Source: Eledone cirrhosa (Eukaryota). Taken from it: a stretch of DNA of 64,000 nt. Below are positions 11,217-24,700 of this stretch, piece by piece. Under the pieces are notes generated by a model. That model worked only from the letters and a program-made list of their open reading frames with translations. It was not told where the DNA came from and searched no databases. The stretch spans positions 13,826,001 through 13,890,000 of the forward strand of contig OZ024741.1 in NCBI GenBank assembly GCA_964016885.1, read 5' to 3'. Positions within the stretch are counted from its first letter, which is position 1. Each line of letters begins with the position of its first letter. The translations under genes and the position numbers were made by a program.

Positions 11217-13772
11217 CCCTTTAGCATTCACATTGAATTGTCAAATGTCATGTTCATCTATTCGCATTATTTTCACTTAATTATACTCAAGAGGGTTATC
11301 AATTTTATTTGTTTCTAATTACTTTAATTTTCTATGTGCAGACTTGAAATTTTGTCAGTAGACGTTTAAAGAACTATAATTTACAATTATATATTTTTAC
11401 CTGATTTTTTTTTGTTAAATTTGACTTTTATGGGCAGGTAAAAATTAATTAACAGGTGTAAAAGTAATAACTTTATGGATAAACACAAACATTTAAACTT
11501 TATCTGCCTTACCTGTTAGATTTGTTGCAAAAAAATCCAATAATGATCTAGATGCTGATTTCCATCAATTCTAGCAGTTTTCCGAACAGGTGAATTAATT
11601 AAAAATGCAGGTGTAATCAGTACAATGTTTTAGTCTTTCTCTACATTCCAGGCAAATATTTTCATTGGAAAAAATGTATAAAACCTTTTCACCAGTCAAA
11701 ATAATATTGGCAATGTACTCTTACACAATGTACGGTGTAAAATTACGTAACAGAATGTTCCCAATATATAAGTTCATTAACAGGTGTGATGCAGGTGTGT
11801 CACAGGTGAATGCAGGTGTTTTTGTATATGTGTGCTAATATATTTTTAAAATATTGTTTTCAATATTGTCAGACAATATTTCTATCGTGATACTGCCCAA
11901 AGCACCCTTTACATAAGGGCACTTTGCAAAAGGAACACATAAATAGGGTTTGGATTGCGTAACCTTTAACAGTTTTTCTCTTTTGCAAAGAGCACAATCG
12001 GCAAACCTTCCTCCTACCATCAATTCTCTCCACTTTATGAAAATCAATATTTTCTTTGTGGACCACTGCTAATTTTGATTTTTTTCCCAGCTTTGTGTTT
12101 GCGAGAAGTATATCCCCCACGTAGCTGGGATGCAATGTCCACGCGAAATTTCATGTGGCAGTAGTCCTTTGGTGGTGGCGGATCCTTGTGGCTTTTAGTA
12201 AATACAATATAAGAATTCACAATGGTTAAATTCACTAAAAACCACAAGATGTATCTCCACCATTTCTTTCCAGGGCGTCCAACTGGGTAATACGCGCAAT
12301 ATTGGTCGGATTTGTCAACCCCACCCATATATTTATTGTACGAGAGGTTAACTAAAGGTCTACCCTCAGCCCCAACACCTGGTTGTTGGTTAGAACTCAG
12401 GAACAAAATTTGCCGTTTGTCTTTGAACACTGTGGCTAACATGTTCTCTTTTTGCATTTGGAGAATGTCTCCTCTGTTTTTTAGTTTCGCAACTTTTATT
12501 TCTTGGGGTAGTCCTTTCCGATTGCTCATTATTGTGCCGCAGGTGTACGTATTTACAAGGGCAAGATCCTCTGCTAAAAGCACCGAAGAAAAAAAACGGT
12601 CATAATAAATGTGGAAGGGTTGAGTCAGCGACCACACAACATCGTAACCCAACCCGTGCTTTCTCTCTCCGTTAAGTTTTTTTCCTGTGTAAACATCAAA
12701 GTTTACACAGTATCCCGTGTCCGATTCACACAGTTCCCACACTTTAATGCCCCATTTGGTGGGTTTAGCTGGCATATACTGTCTGAAATGAACCCTACCC
12801 TTATACCCAATCATAGCTTCATCAACACTAAGATTTTTTCCAGGTAAATACATACTTTTAAATTTTTCCGTCAACATTTCAATTAATGGTCGTACTTTGT
12901 ACAGTGGGTCGTAATTCGATTCATTTCTACCAGGGGCATTTGTAGTATCAACCAGATGCAAATACTGGTTTAATTTTATAAATCTCGTTTTGGCCATAAT
13001 ACTAGATATATAAGGGTCACCAAACCTTATATCAGTACTCCAATAATTCCACAGTCGTGGAAATTGTTTAATACCAAACATAATTTTTTTAAGGTAAAAA
13101 ACGCTTTCATTTCGGCAGAATCTGTCGGACGCCATAAAAGATCGGGTTTTGCTCGATTAGAAATCTGTTGTTGTGCATAGCGATTTGTCTCTTCTGCCAC
13201 AACTTCGAAGAAAGTTTGTGGTAGAAATAAAAAAAAATAATCCAGAGCTTTAACATCGGGTGGTAATGTGTGTTGTGGTCCAGAATTTTCACTAAAATCC
13301 GAAACATGTATCGGTGTTGTTTCTTTCAACCACGTTGGTGTTTTTTCAATGGTGTCAGATATCTCTTCGCTTTCACTTTCAAAGTGACTATCATCATCAT
13401 CAGATATATCAGAAATAAATATATCTGATTCATTTGAAGATAAATCACTGATATTATCTTCTGTTTCTTTTTTATCTTGAATGTCGTAGGATGTAAAACC
13501 TTCAAAATCGTTGTCGCTGCTTTCGGAAGCCATGTTACAATTTCAAAGTTAAAAACACGTGTTATCACAAGGTCTTTAACTATACTAAGAGTTAATTTTC
13601 GCGCGTAAGGGCTTTATCTCGCTGTAATCTCGAATTGACGAGATTTTGATGATGTCAATGTTTATTTTTAGAAGGAGATCTACGAGTGGTCTGAAATGTC
13701 GGTTTTTGTCGGTTTGAATAAATGAAAGGGGACATAATTTTGTCGGTTTTTGTCGCTTTGAACGCTAAAGGG
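11217..13772 (-). mobile_element. Full-length piggyBac transposon (2556 bp)
   Basis: TTAA at 11213-11216 and 13773-13776; TIRs CCCTTTAGCATTCA / TGAACGCTAAAGGG (13/14 match); internal transposase. Confidence 0.95.
11869..13533 (-). pseudogene. piggyBac (PGBD4-like) transposase with two frameshifts
   Basis: Acidic N-terminus; SVDEAM, YMPAKPTKWGIKVW, YYDRFFSS and YNKYMGGVDKSDQ (DDD triad); C-terminal Cys-rich domain CRLC...CSFCKVPLCKGCF. Frameshifts near 13090 and 12080. Confidence 0.9.
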
Positions 13773-13776
13773 TTAA

Positions 13777-14645
13777 GCGACAACCTGCATCCGATGGCGC
13801 CAAAAGCCTTTATCAGATCCTGCACCAATTGCTGATAGTTTTCAGCTCTGTAGTTGCCCAGGAAGCCCTTAACAACTGCCTTGAGGCAGTTCCATGCTAT
13901 CCTCTCAATCCTATTGAGCTTATTAGAGAACTCGGTAGACTCAAACACCTTCTTTATCTGACGTCCAACAAAAATTCCACCTTTGATTTTGGCCTCAGAT
14001 AACTTGGGGAAGAACTCAAGAAGGTACTTAAAAGTGGCTGATTTGGTTGAGAGCTTTCACAAACTGTTTCATCAACCCCAACTTAATGTACAGTGGTGGC
14101 ATGAGCACAATCTTGGGATCAACCAGTGGCTCCCACATGACGTTCCGGGTCCCAACTACAAATTCCGTTCGCTGCTCCCAGTTCTTTCTTTTGTAGTGGT
14201 CAGAGGTGGCTCTGCTGTCCCAAAGGCAGAGGAAGCATTGGAATTTGATAAAGCCTCCTTGGTGTCCAAGCAGGAAAGCCACCATCTTGAAGTCTCCAAT
14301 GATTTCCCAATTGTACTGGTTGTATTGCAGAGCTTCCAAGAGGACTTTCACACTGTAGTAATCTTCCTTCAGGCAGACTGAATGAGCTAGGGGCAGTGTG
14401 GGGAACTTGTTTCCATTGTGGTGGAGGACAGCCTTCAAACTTGTGGTGGAGCTGTCTATAAATAGCCGCCACTCCTTGGGCACAAACGGCACCCCAATAA
14501 CGTCAAACAGTCCAGGCATGTCATGGCAGAAACAGAGGCCATCCCTAAGAGTGTAAAAGCCTGAGAAAGGTTTGTGTCGACTTCTCTGACATGTCACCTG
14601 CACTTCCTCCTTGACCAAGTTCCTCTGCTTCATCCTGGAGATGAA
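13777..14645 (-). pseudogene. Chapaev-like transposase, N-terminal/middle part (frameshift ~14040, 5' part deleted)
   Basis: ORFs 14028..14633 and 13655..13948 are in different frames but collinear in protein motifs. Confidence 0.75.
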
Positions 14646-15014
14646 TGCTTAAAACACAACTTACCCTTTATTCAGGGTGCGAAAATCCAGTATCAATAAA
14701 TCTCTTTAATCCACTTTTTAACAATTTTATACTTTATTGCATTTTTATAATGTTCGTTTTATAATTTTAATTTAACCTGAAACATATAAAAAAATCATTT
14801 AACATAAGCAAATTAAACTTTCATACAAGGTAAAATCCAGCATACAAATAATTCTAGTGAATAGCTTAGAATTTTTACAAACCCAAACTTTTAACTGTTT
14901 AATAACACTTTTTTTTATTTATTTGGGACCTAAGCAACACAAAAAAAGTGATTACAAGCCAGGAACAGAGAAAAAAATTTTTTTTTGTTACACGGTGTTA
15001 TTAATATTATTATT

Positions 15015-15385
15015 AGGGCAGTAGATTATCAGTATCTGTAGGACATCAGTTAATATGTTTTGTGGCATAAAGTTACAGCCCTTTACTTTCCGAGTTCAAA
15101 TCCCACTGGGATTAGCTTTGCCTTTCATCCTTCTGAGGTCGACAATATAAAGTACCACTAATACACTGGGGTCAATTTAATTGACTTTCCCCTTCACCAA
15201 CATTGTTGTCCTTGTCAAAAATCAGAAATCAAATGCTTTGCAGTATTTGTTCCGACTCATTATTTCCCGAGGTCAACTTTGCCTTTCATCTTTCTGACAG
15301 GTTGATAAAATAAGTACCAGATAAATACTGGGGTTGATTTAATCATATTAAACTGCCCTCAAAGTTGCTGACCTAAATTAAAACT
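15015..15385 (+). mobile_element. Two degenerate tandem Meta-like SINE copies
   Basis: gagttcaaatccc B-box, and ctttgcctttcatc...gataaaataagtacca present twice. Confidence 0.65.
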
Positions 15386-15509
15386 TATTGATGTCCTACC
15401 CTTGCAAGCATGATGATGATGATAATGATGATCGTGGATTTGCAGAATTGTTAGTGTTTTATGGCCTCTATTCTGTGTATTTAGCATGCCACGGTCAGTT
15501 CCGTCTTTC

Positions 15510-16140
15510 ATCATCGTCATCATTTTACATCCGCTTTTCCCGGTTTGCAAGAGTGGGACGGGTCCTATTCAACACAGCATCTCTCCATTTGTCACGGTCC
15601 TTCATCATCTTCTCTGTGAGCTTCAGCGATCTGAGATCAGCTCTCACCACCTCCGCCCATGTTTTTCGTGGTCTTCCTTCTACTGGCATTTCTTGGCACT
15701 TATTTACCCATCAGTCATCCTCCATGCGCATCACATGTCCATACCATCACAGTCTTCTCTCTCGCACACTACAACTCATCCCTCTTAAACACAGTTTCTC
15801 TCTCAACTCACCCATGCTTGGTCGTTCACGCACATTGACATTACACATCCAATGGAGCGTGCTTGCTTCATTTCTCTCCAGCCGTCGTATATCCTCTGCA
15901 GTTGCTGCCCATGTCTCACTATCATGCAGCATCGCGCATCTCACACAGGCATCACATAACCAACCTTTTGTACGCAGGGAGAAACCCTTCTTTGTCAACA
16001 GAGGAAGCAGCTCCCTAAACTTCTAACAACCCATCCTTATTCTAGATACTTTGGCCTCGGAGCACCCCCCCCCCCCTCCCATGCTAATCTGATCACCTAG
16101 GTACCGGAAGCAATCAACCACTTCTATAGAACCTACCTGC
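15510..16140 (-). mobile_element. RTE LINE fragment
   Basis: Minus strand encodes LCDACVRCAMLHDSETW and ERRL; ends in a (GAT)-type tail. Confidence 0.8.
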
Positions 16141-16389
16141 ATTTGAAATATGTGTCTATTACTGCGACTTCTACTGTCATATCTCCCTGCGTTGGTAAAA
16201 TAAAGTGCCAGTCAAGTAGTGGGGAAATATATACCATTTTTGTTATTGTTGTTGTTGGATGGGTCCAAATAGATGAAGTCTACTGAAGCTGAACCACTGG
16301 TCTCCCAGGCAGGTCAGGGACCAGTGTGCTTAGGTATGGTCTCAAGTTTTAATTGAGTGCTCAGATGAGATTGGATTTCCTTTCTGTTA

Positions 16390-16822
16390 TCATCATCATC
16401 ATCATCATCACCGTTTTACGTCCGTTCTTCCACGCTAGCATGGGTTAGACGGGTTGTCCTGTTGTGGGCAGTGTCTGGTCGGCTGACCATGCCTTGCTCA
16501 TACAGGAACTGATCTGGCTTGATTTCTACAGCTGGATGCCCTTCCTAACACCAACCTCATTTACAGTGAGTGCTGGGTGCTTTTTCGTGGCGCCTACACG
16601 TCCACTTTACAGTGTGGGCTGGGTGCTTTTTTGCCGTGGCACCTCCATGACCACCTTGCGGTAGGGGGAGTGGGGGCATATTGTTTATATGCTTCAGCAT
16701 GTACCCATGGGAGGTCGAGTACCCTGTATTACTGCGTGACGCCAGAAGTCACGGTCGTGTGTCATTGACTTTGAGAGGTGTAGTTGGGTAAGGTCGGCTT
16801 TTATCACCTCATCTCAAGTCAT
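16390..16822 (-). mobile_element. RTE 3' end (subfamily A), 5'-truncated at (TA)n
   Basis: Nearly identical to 35902-36335 and to the reverse complement of 56020-56400. Confidence 0.85.
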
Positions 16823-16897
16823 ATATATATATATATATTAGGAAGTGAGTTTTTTTACAAAATGAAAAATAACCGAAGTGTCCTACATGAGTGAAAG

Positions 16898-17191
16898 TAT
16901 AAGAAAAAAAAGATGAAATCGAAAATGCAACTGGAGTCTTTTTTTTTTAAATATATATTTATTTGGTTCCTTTACTGGTTTCAAAGTTCTTCTGCTTTTC
17001 AAAAGTACAATTGAGATGGAGGGTCTGTGGTTTTTCTCACATGATGTGATAAAACCACAGACCCTCCATCTCAACTCTACTTTTGAAAAGCAGAAGAACT
17101 GTGAAACCGGTAAAGGAACCAAATAAATATATATATATTTTTTTTAAATAAGACTCCAGTTGCATTTTCGATTTCATCTTTTTTCCTTATA
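16898..17191. repeat. Foldback with ~145-bp arms and an eroded hammerhead motif
   Basis: Arms pair around 17041-17045. The right arm reads ctt-ttgaaaa-GCAGaagaaCTGT-GAAA-CCGG-TA-aag, with palindrome ACCGGT and a mutated core. Confidence 0.85.
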
Positions 17192-17320
17192 TATATATAT
17201 ATATACATATATATATCCAGGGTGTGTAACTTGGAGTTACTGTAGGTTCACCCGGGTGAGCACTCAATGTTTAGGTTCACGTCAGTAGCGAGGTGTAGAG
17301 CTAGACAGAGTGTATTATAA

Positions 17321-17440
17321 TAATTGTTTCTACTTTTGGCAAAAGGCCAGTAATTATCCCAGTGCATTACTGGTACTTTATGTTATCGACCCCGTAAGGA
17401 TGAAAGGCAAAGTTAACCTCGACGGGATTTGAGCTCAGAG
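17321..17440 (-). mobile_element. Meta-like SINE inserted into the Penelope-terminus-like insert
   Basis: ctggtactttatgttatcgaccccgtaaggatgaaaggcaaagttaacctc; interrupts the homology with 5143-5430. Confidence 0.75.
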
Positions 17441-17454
17441 TGTAATATAATACT

Positions 17455-17630
17455 ACAAGGATGATTTGTTAAGCCTTCATTATGTAATGTCATTACAACA
17501 GCAGAGGTCCGATGAGCTTTTGATTCCAGAGTCAGGCCACATCGATGCAGATCAAACATTGAGCTGATCAATAACGAAATGGCGTCACCAATCAATAAAC
17601 GTAATGAAGGCTTAACAAATCATCCTTTTT
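17455..17630 (+). repeat. 29-bp inverted repeat enclosing a degenerate hammerhead-like motif
   Basis: aaggatgatttgttaagccttcattatgt / acgtaatgaaggcttaacaaatcatcctt; inside is ggtCCGATGA...GAAATggcGTCacc (17506-17589). Confidence 0.6.
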
Positions 17631-17838
17631 ATTATATATATATAGTTTATTATTTTGTTACGATTAGTTCCACAGTTTGAGCACTCAATGCCAATATTGG
17701 TCTGGTTGCCATGTTTGGTATTCAATGTTTGGTATTTCACTGTAGTCAGTATCCTTAAAAGACAATGTGTTAATATTAATAATAAGGAGCAGGAATTTAT
17801 ATTATTGTACCAAGAAATTCCCTTCAGTTTCTACTGTA

Positions 17839-17886
17839 TATAGGAAAAGAGTCAGGACCCCAAGAGGGTCCTGACTCTTTTCCTAT
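17839..17886. repeat. Perfect hairpin (~21-bp stem)
   Basis: ataggaaaagagtcaggaccc-caaga-gggtcctgactcttttcctat. Confidence 0.9.
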
Positions 17887-18079
17887 TACCACTCTACTTC
17901 CCTAAGTATTGAGTACTCTGGTGTTTTATAGTCGACCTGATATCTTACCATACCCTCTTTGTTACATCATCATCATCATCATCATCATCATTTTACGTCC
18001 GCTTTTCCCTGCTTGCAAGGGTGGGAGGGGGATTGATTCTGGCTTGATTTCTACAGCTGGATGCCCTTCCTAACAGTAT

Positions 18080-18166
18080 AGTTTTCGAAGTAGCACTGAA
18101 GTATTGACATAAATGGTATACACAACTGCTATTTAACACCCGCGCAACACTGGGTACCTCTGCTAG
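18080..18166 (+). mobile_element. Helitron 3' terminus fragment
   Basis: acccgcgcaacactgggt hairpin followed by ctgCTAG|T. Confidence 0.5.
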
Positions 18167-18704
18167 TATATATATAAAAGAGGTATTTATATATAAGCAG
18201 GATTGATATACATAGCCTGTGACTTACGTATGACTTAAGGACTTGAGCCAAGTATCTTTATCACATCAACACTATTTTACATCTGCTTTCCCCACTTATG
18301 TGGGTTGGATAGTTTGTCATATTCTGAGACAAGACATGTCAGATGACCACATCCTGCTTATACATTCCAATTTTGCATTGTTTCTATGGTTGGATGCATT
18401 TTATCATGACACCGACATTACCACTTTACAGAGTGTACTGGGTGTATTTTATCATGACACCAACACTACTACTTTACAGAGTGTGCTGGGTGTATTCTAT
18501 CATGACACTGGAACTACCACCTTTACAGATTAGGCTATCTGAATTTTATTTTGGCAATGGCACTACCACTTTACAGAGTGTGCTGGGTGTATTTTATTGT
18601 GTCACCGGCACTACACTTTACATCATGGAATGGGTACATTCCAGTGTGGTAGTTATACAGGAGTATGATAAGTGGGGTGCAATGTATATGGAGTTATGGG
18701 AATG

Positions 18705-21700
18705 GGAGCACAACTTATACAGAGATATGGTATGGAGAGTGTCACTTATACAGGGGTATATCATATATATGGTAGATGTGACTTATACAGGGGTATATCA
18801 TATATATGGTAGATGTGACTTATACAGGGGTATATCATATATATGGTAGGTGTGACTCATACAGGGGTATATCATATATATGGTAGATGTGACTTATACA
18901 GGGGTATATCATATATATGGTAGATGTGACTTATACTGAGGTATATCATATATATGGTAGGTGTGACTTATACAGGGGTTTATCATATATATGGTAGGTG
19001 TGACACATACAGGGGTATATATATATATATGGTAGGTGTGACTTATACAGTGGTATATATATATATATGGTAGAGGTGACTTATACAGGGGTATATCATA
19101 TATATGGTAGGTGTGACTTATACAGTGGTATATCATATATATGGTAGGTGTGACTCATACGGGGGTATATCATATATATGGTAGATGTGACTTATACAGT
19201 GGTATATATATATGGTAGAGGTGACTTATACAGGGGTATATCATATATATGGTAGATGTGACTTATACAGGGGTATATCATATATATGGTAGGTGTGACT
19301 CATACAGTGGTATATCATATATATGGTAGATGTGACTTATACAGTGGTATATCATATATATGGTAGGTGTGACTTATACAGTGGTATATATATATATATA
19401 TATATGGTAGAGGTGACTTATACAGGGGTATATCATATATATGGTAGATGCGACTTATACTGAGATGTATATATATATATATATGATAGGTGGGACTTAT
19501 ACAGGGGTATATCATAAAAATGGTAGAATTCACTTATACAGGGGTATATCATATATATGGTAGATGTCACTTATACAGGGGTATATCATATATATGGTAG
19601 AGGTGACTTATACAGGGTATATCATATATATATGGTAGATGTCACTTATACAGGGGTATATCATATATATGGTAGATGTGACTTATACAGAGGTATATCA
19701 TATATATGGTAGGTGTAACTTATACAGGGGTATATCATATATATGGTAGATGTGACTTATACAGGGCTATATCATATATATGGTAGATGTGACTCATACA
19801 GGGGTATATCATATATATGGTAGGTGTGACTTATAGAGGGGTATATCATATATATGGTAGGTGTGACTTATACAGGGGTATATTATATATATGGTAGGTG
19901 TGACTTATACAGGGGTCTATAATATATATGGTAGATGTGACAGATACTTCGGTATATCATATACATGGTAGATATGACTTATACAGTGGCATATCATATA
20001 TATAATAGAGGTGACTTATACAGGAGTATATCATATATATGGTAGATGTGACTTATACAGGGGTATATCATATATATAATAGAGGTGACTTATACAGGAG
20101 TATATCATATATATGGTAGATGTGACTTATACAGGGGTATATCATATATATGCTAGATGTCACTTATACATGTGTATATCATATATGTGGTAGGTGTGAC
20201 TTATACAGCGGTATATCATATATATGGTAGGTGTGACTTATACATCGGTATATCATATATATGGTAGGTGTGGCTTATACAGAGATATATCATATATATC
20301 GTTGATGTGACTTATACAGGGGTATATCATATATATGGTAGGTGTGACTCATACAGGGGTATATCATATATATGGTAGATGTGACTTATACAGTGGTATA
20401 TCATATATATGGTAGGTGTGACTTATACAGTGGTATATATATATATATGGTAGAGGTGACTTATACAGGGGTATATATTATATATGGTAGATGTGACTTA
20501 TACTGAGGTATATCATATATATTGTAGATGTGACTTATACAGGGGTATATCATATATATGGTAGATGTGACTTATACAGTGGTATATCATGTATATGGTA
20601 GGTGTGACTTTTACAGGGGTATATCATATATATGGTAGATGTGACACATACAGGGGTATATCATATATATGGTAGATGTGACTTATACAGGGGTATATCA
20701 TATATATGGTAGGTGTGACTCATACAGGGGTATATCATATATATGGTAGATGTGACTTATACAGTGGTATATCATATATATGGTAGGTGTGACTTATACA
20801 GTGGTATATATATATATATATGGTAGAGGTGACTTATACAGGGGTATATATTATATATGGTAGATGTGACTTATACTGAGGTATATCATATATATTGTAG
20901 ATGTGACTTATACAGGGGTATATCATATATATGGTAGATGTGACTTATACAGTGGTATATCATGTATATGGTAGGTGTGACTTATACAGGGGTATATCAT
21001 ATATATGGTAGATGTGACTTATACAGTGGTATATCATATATATGGTAGGTGTAACTTATACAGGGGTATATCATGTATATGGTAGGTGTGACTTATACAG
21101 CGGTATATCATATATATGGTAGATGTGACACATACAGGGGTATATCATATATATGGTAGATGTGACTTATACAGTGGTATATCATGTATATGGTAGGTGT
21201 GACTTATACAGGGGTATATCATGTATATGGTAGGTGTGACTTATACAGGGGTATATCATATATATGGTAGATGTGACTTATACAGTGGTATATCATATAT
21301 ATGGTAGGTGTTACTTATACAGGGGTATATCATGTATATGGTAGGTGTGACTTATACAGGGGTATATCATGTATATGGTAGGTGTGACTTATACAGGGGT
21401 ATATCATATATATGGTAGATGTGACTTATACAGTGGTATATCATATATATGGTAGGTGTTACTTATACAGGGGTATATCATGTATATGGTAGGTGTGACT
21501 TATACAGGGGTATATCATATATATGGTAGATGTGACATATACAGGGGTATATCATATATATGGTAGGTGTGACTCATACAGGGGTATATCATATATATGG
21601 TAGATGTGACTTATACAGTGGTATATATATATGGTAGAGGTGACTTATACAGGGGTATATCATATATATGGTAGATGTGACTTATACAGGGGTATATCAT

Positions 21701-24700
21701 ATATATGGTAGGTGTGACTCATACAGTGGTATATCATATATATGGTAGATGTGACTTATACAGTGGTATATCATATATATGGTAGGTGTGACTTATACAG
21801 TGGTATATATATATATATATATATGGTAGAGGTGACTTATACAGGGGTATATATTATATATGGTAGATGTGACTTATACTGAAGTATATCATATATATGG
21901 TAGATGTGACTTATACAGGGGTATATCATATATATGGTAGATGCGACTTATACTGAGATGTATATATATATATATGATAGGTGGGACTTATACAGGGGTA
22001 TATCATAAAAATGGTAGATTTCACTTATACAGGGGTATATCATATATATGGTAGATGTCACTTATACAGGGGTATATCATATATGGTAGAGGTGACTTAT
22101 ACAGGGTATATCATATATATATGGTAGATGTCACTTATACAGGGGTATATCATATATATGGTAGATGTGACTTATACAGAGGTATATCATATATATGGTA
22201 GGTGTAACTTATACAGGGGTATATCATATATATGGTAGATGTGACTTATACAGGGCTATATCATATATATGGTAGATGTGACTCATACAGGGGTATATCA
22301 TATATATGGTAGGTGTGACTTATAGAGGGGTATATCATATATATGGTAGGTGTGACTTATACAGGGGTATATTATATATATGGTAGGTGTGACTTATACA
22401 GGGGTCTATAATATATATGGTAGATGTGACAGATACTTCGGTATATCATATACATGGTAGATATGACTTATACAGTGGCATATCATATATATAATAGAGG
22501 TGACTTATACAGGAGTATATCATATATATGGTAGATGTGACTTATACAGGGGTATATCATATATATAATAGAGGTGACTTATACAGGAGTATATCATATA
22601 TATGGTAGATGTGACTTATACAGGGGTATATCATATATATGCTAGATGTCACTTATACATGTGTATATCATATATGTGGTAGGTGTGACTTATACAGCGG
22701 TATATCATATATATGGTAGGTGTGACTTATACATCGGTATATCATATATATGGTAGGTGTGGCTTATACAGAGATATATCATATATATGGTTGATGTGAC
22801 TTATACAGGGGTATATCATATATATGGTAGGTGTGACTCATACAGGGGTATATCATATATATGGTAGATGTGACTTATACAGTGGTATATCATATATATG
22901 GTAGGTGTGACTTATACAGTGGTATATATATATATATATGGTAGAGGTGACTTATACAGGGGTATATATTATATATGGTAGATGTGACTTATACTGAGGT
23001 ATATCATATATATTGTAGATGTGACTTATACAGGGGTATATCATATATATGGTAGATGTGACTTATACAGTGGTATATCATGTATATGGTAGGTGTGACT
23101 TATACAGGGGTATATCATATATATGGTAGATGTGACACATACAGGGGTATATCATATATATGGTAGATGTGACTTATACAGGGGTATATCATATATATGG
23201 TAGGTGTGACTCATACAGGGGTATATCATATATATGGTAGATGTGACTTATACAGTGGTATATCATATATATGGTAGGTGTGACTTATACAGTGGTATAT
23301 ATATATATATATGGTAGAGGTGACTTATACAGGGGTATATATTATATATGGTAGATGTGACTTATACTGAGGTATATCATATATATTGTAGATGTGACTT
23401 ATACAGGGGTATATCATATATATGGTAGATGTGACTCATACAGTGGTATATCATGTATATGGTAGGTGTGACTTATACAGGGGTATATCATATATATGGT
23501 AGATGTGACTTATACAGTGGTATATCATATATATGGTAGGTGTAACTTATACAGGGGTATATCATGTATATGGTAGGTGTGACTTATACAGCGGTATATC
23601 ATATATATGGTAGATGTGACACATACAGGGGTATATCATATATATGGTAGATGTGACTTATACAGTGGTATATCATGTATATGGTAGGTGTGACTTATAC
23701 AGGGGTATATCATGTATATGGTAGGTGTGACTTATACAGGGGTATATCATATATATGGTAGATGTGACTTATACAGTGGTATATCATATATATGGTAGGT
23801 GTTACTTATACAGGGGTATATCATGTATATGGTAGGTGTGACTTATACAGGGGTATATCATATATATGGTAGATGTGACATATACAGGGGTATATCATAT
23901 ATATGGTAGGTGTGACTCATACAGGGGTATATCATATATATGGTAGATGTGACTTATACAGGGGTATATCATGTATATGGTAGGTGTGACTTATACAGGG
24001 GTATATCATATATATGGTAGATGTGACTTATACAAGGGTATATCAAATATATGGTAGATGTGACTTATACAGGGGTATATCATATATATGGCAGCTGTGA
24101 CTTATAGAGGGGTATATCATATATATGGTAGATGTGACTTATAGAGGGGTATATCATATATATGGTAGGTGTGTCTTATACAGGGGTATATCATATATAT
24201 GGTAGATGTCACTTATACAGGAGTATATCATATATATATGGTAGATGTCACTTATACAGGGGTATATCATGTATATGGTAGAGGTGACATATACAGGGGT
24301 ATATCATATATATGGTAGATGTGACTTATACAGGGGTATATCATATATATGGTAGATGTCACTTATACAGGAGTATATCATATATATATGGTAGATGTCA
24401 CTTATACAGGGGTATATCATATATGGTAGATGTCACTCATACAGGGGTATATCATGTATATGGTAGAGGTGATATATACTGGGGTATATCATATATACGG
24501 TAAGTGTGACTTATAGAGGGGTATATCATATATATGGTAGAGATGACTTATACAGAGGTATATCATATATATGGTAGAGCTGACTTATACAGGGGTATAT
24601 CATATATATGGTAGATGGGACTCATACAGGGGTATATCATATATATGGTAGGTGTGACTTATAGAGGGGTATATCATATATATGGTAGAGCTGACTTATA

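Larger units (their letters stand above)
10757..14997 (-). mobile_element. Chapaev-like (CMC) DNA transposon, decayed and interrupted by piggyBac
   Basis: Transposase motifs WRLFIDSS, GDFKMVAFL, CFLCLWDSR, PPLYIKLGLMKQFVKAL and SEEQGDRFQQD. Right terminus ...ttgttacacggtg (CAC start on minus). Subterminal inverted similarity tcctgg.ttgt...agtttgggtttgt at the left end, where the outermost TIR is missing. Superfamily assignment is from recalled motifs. Confidence 0.7.
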
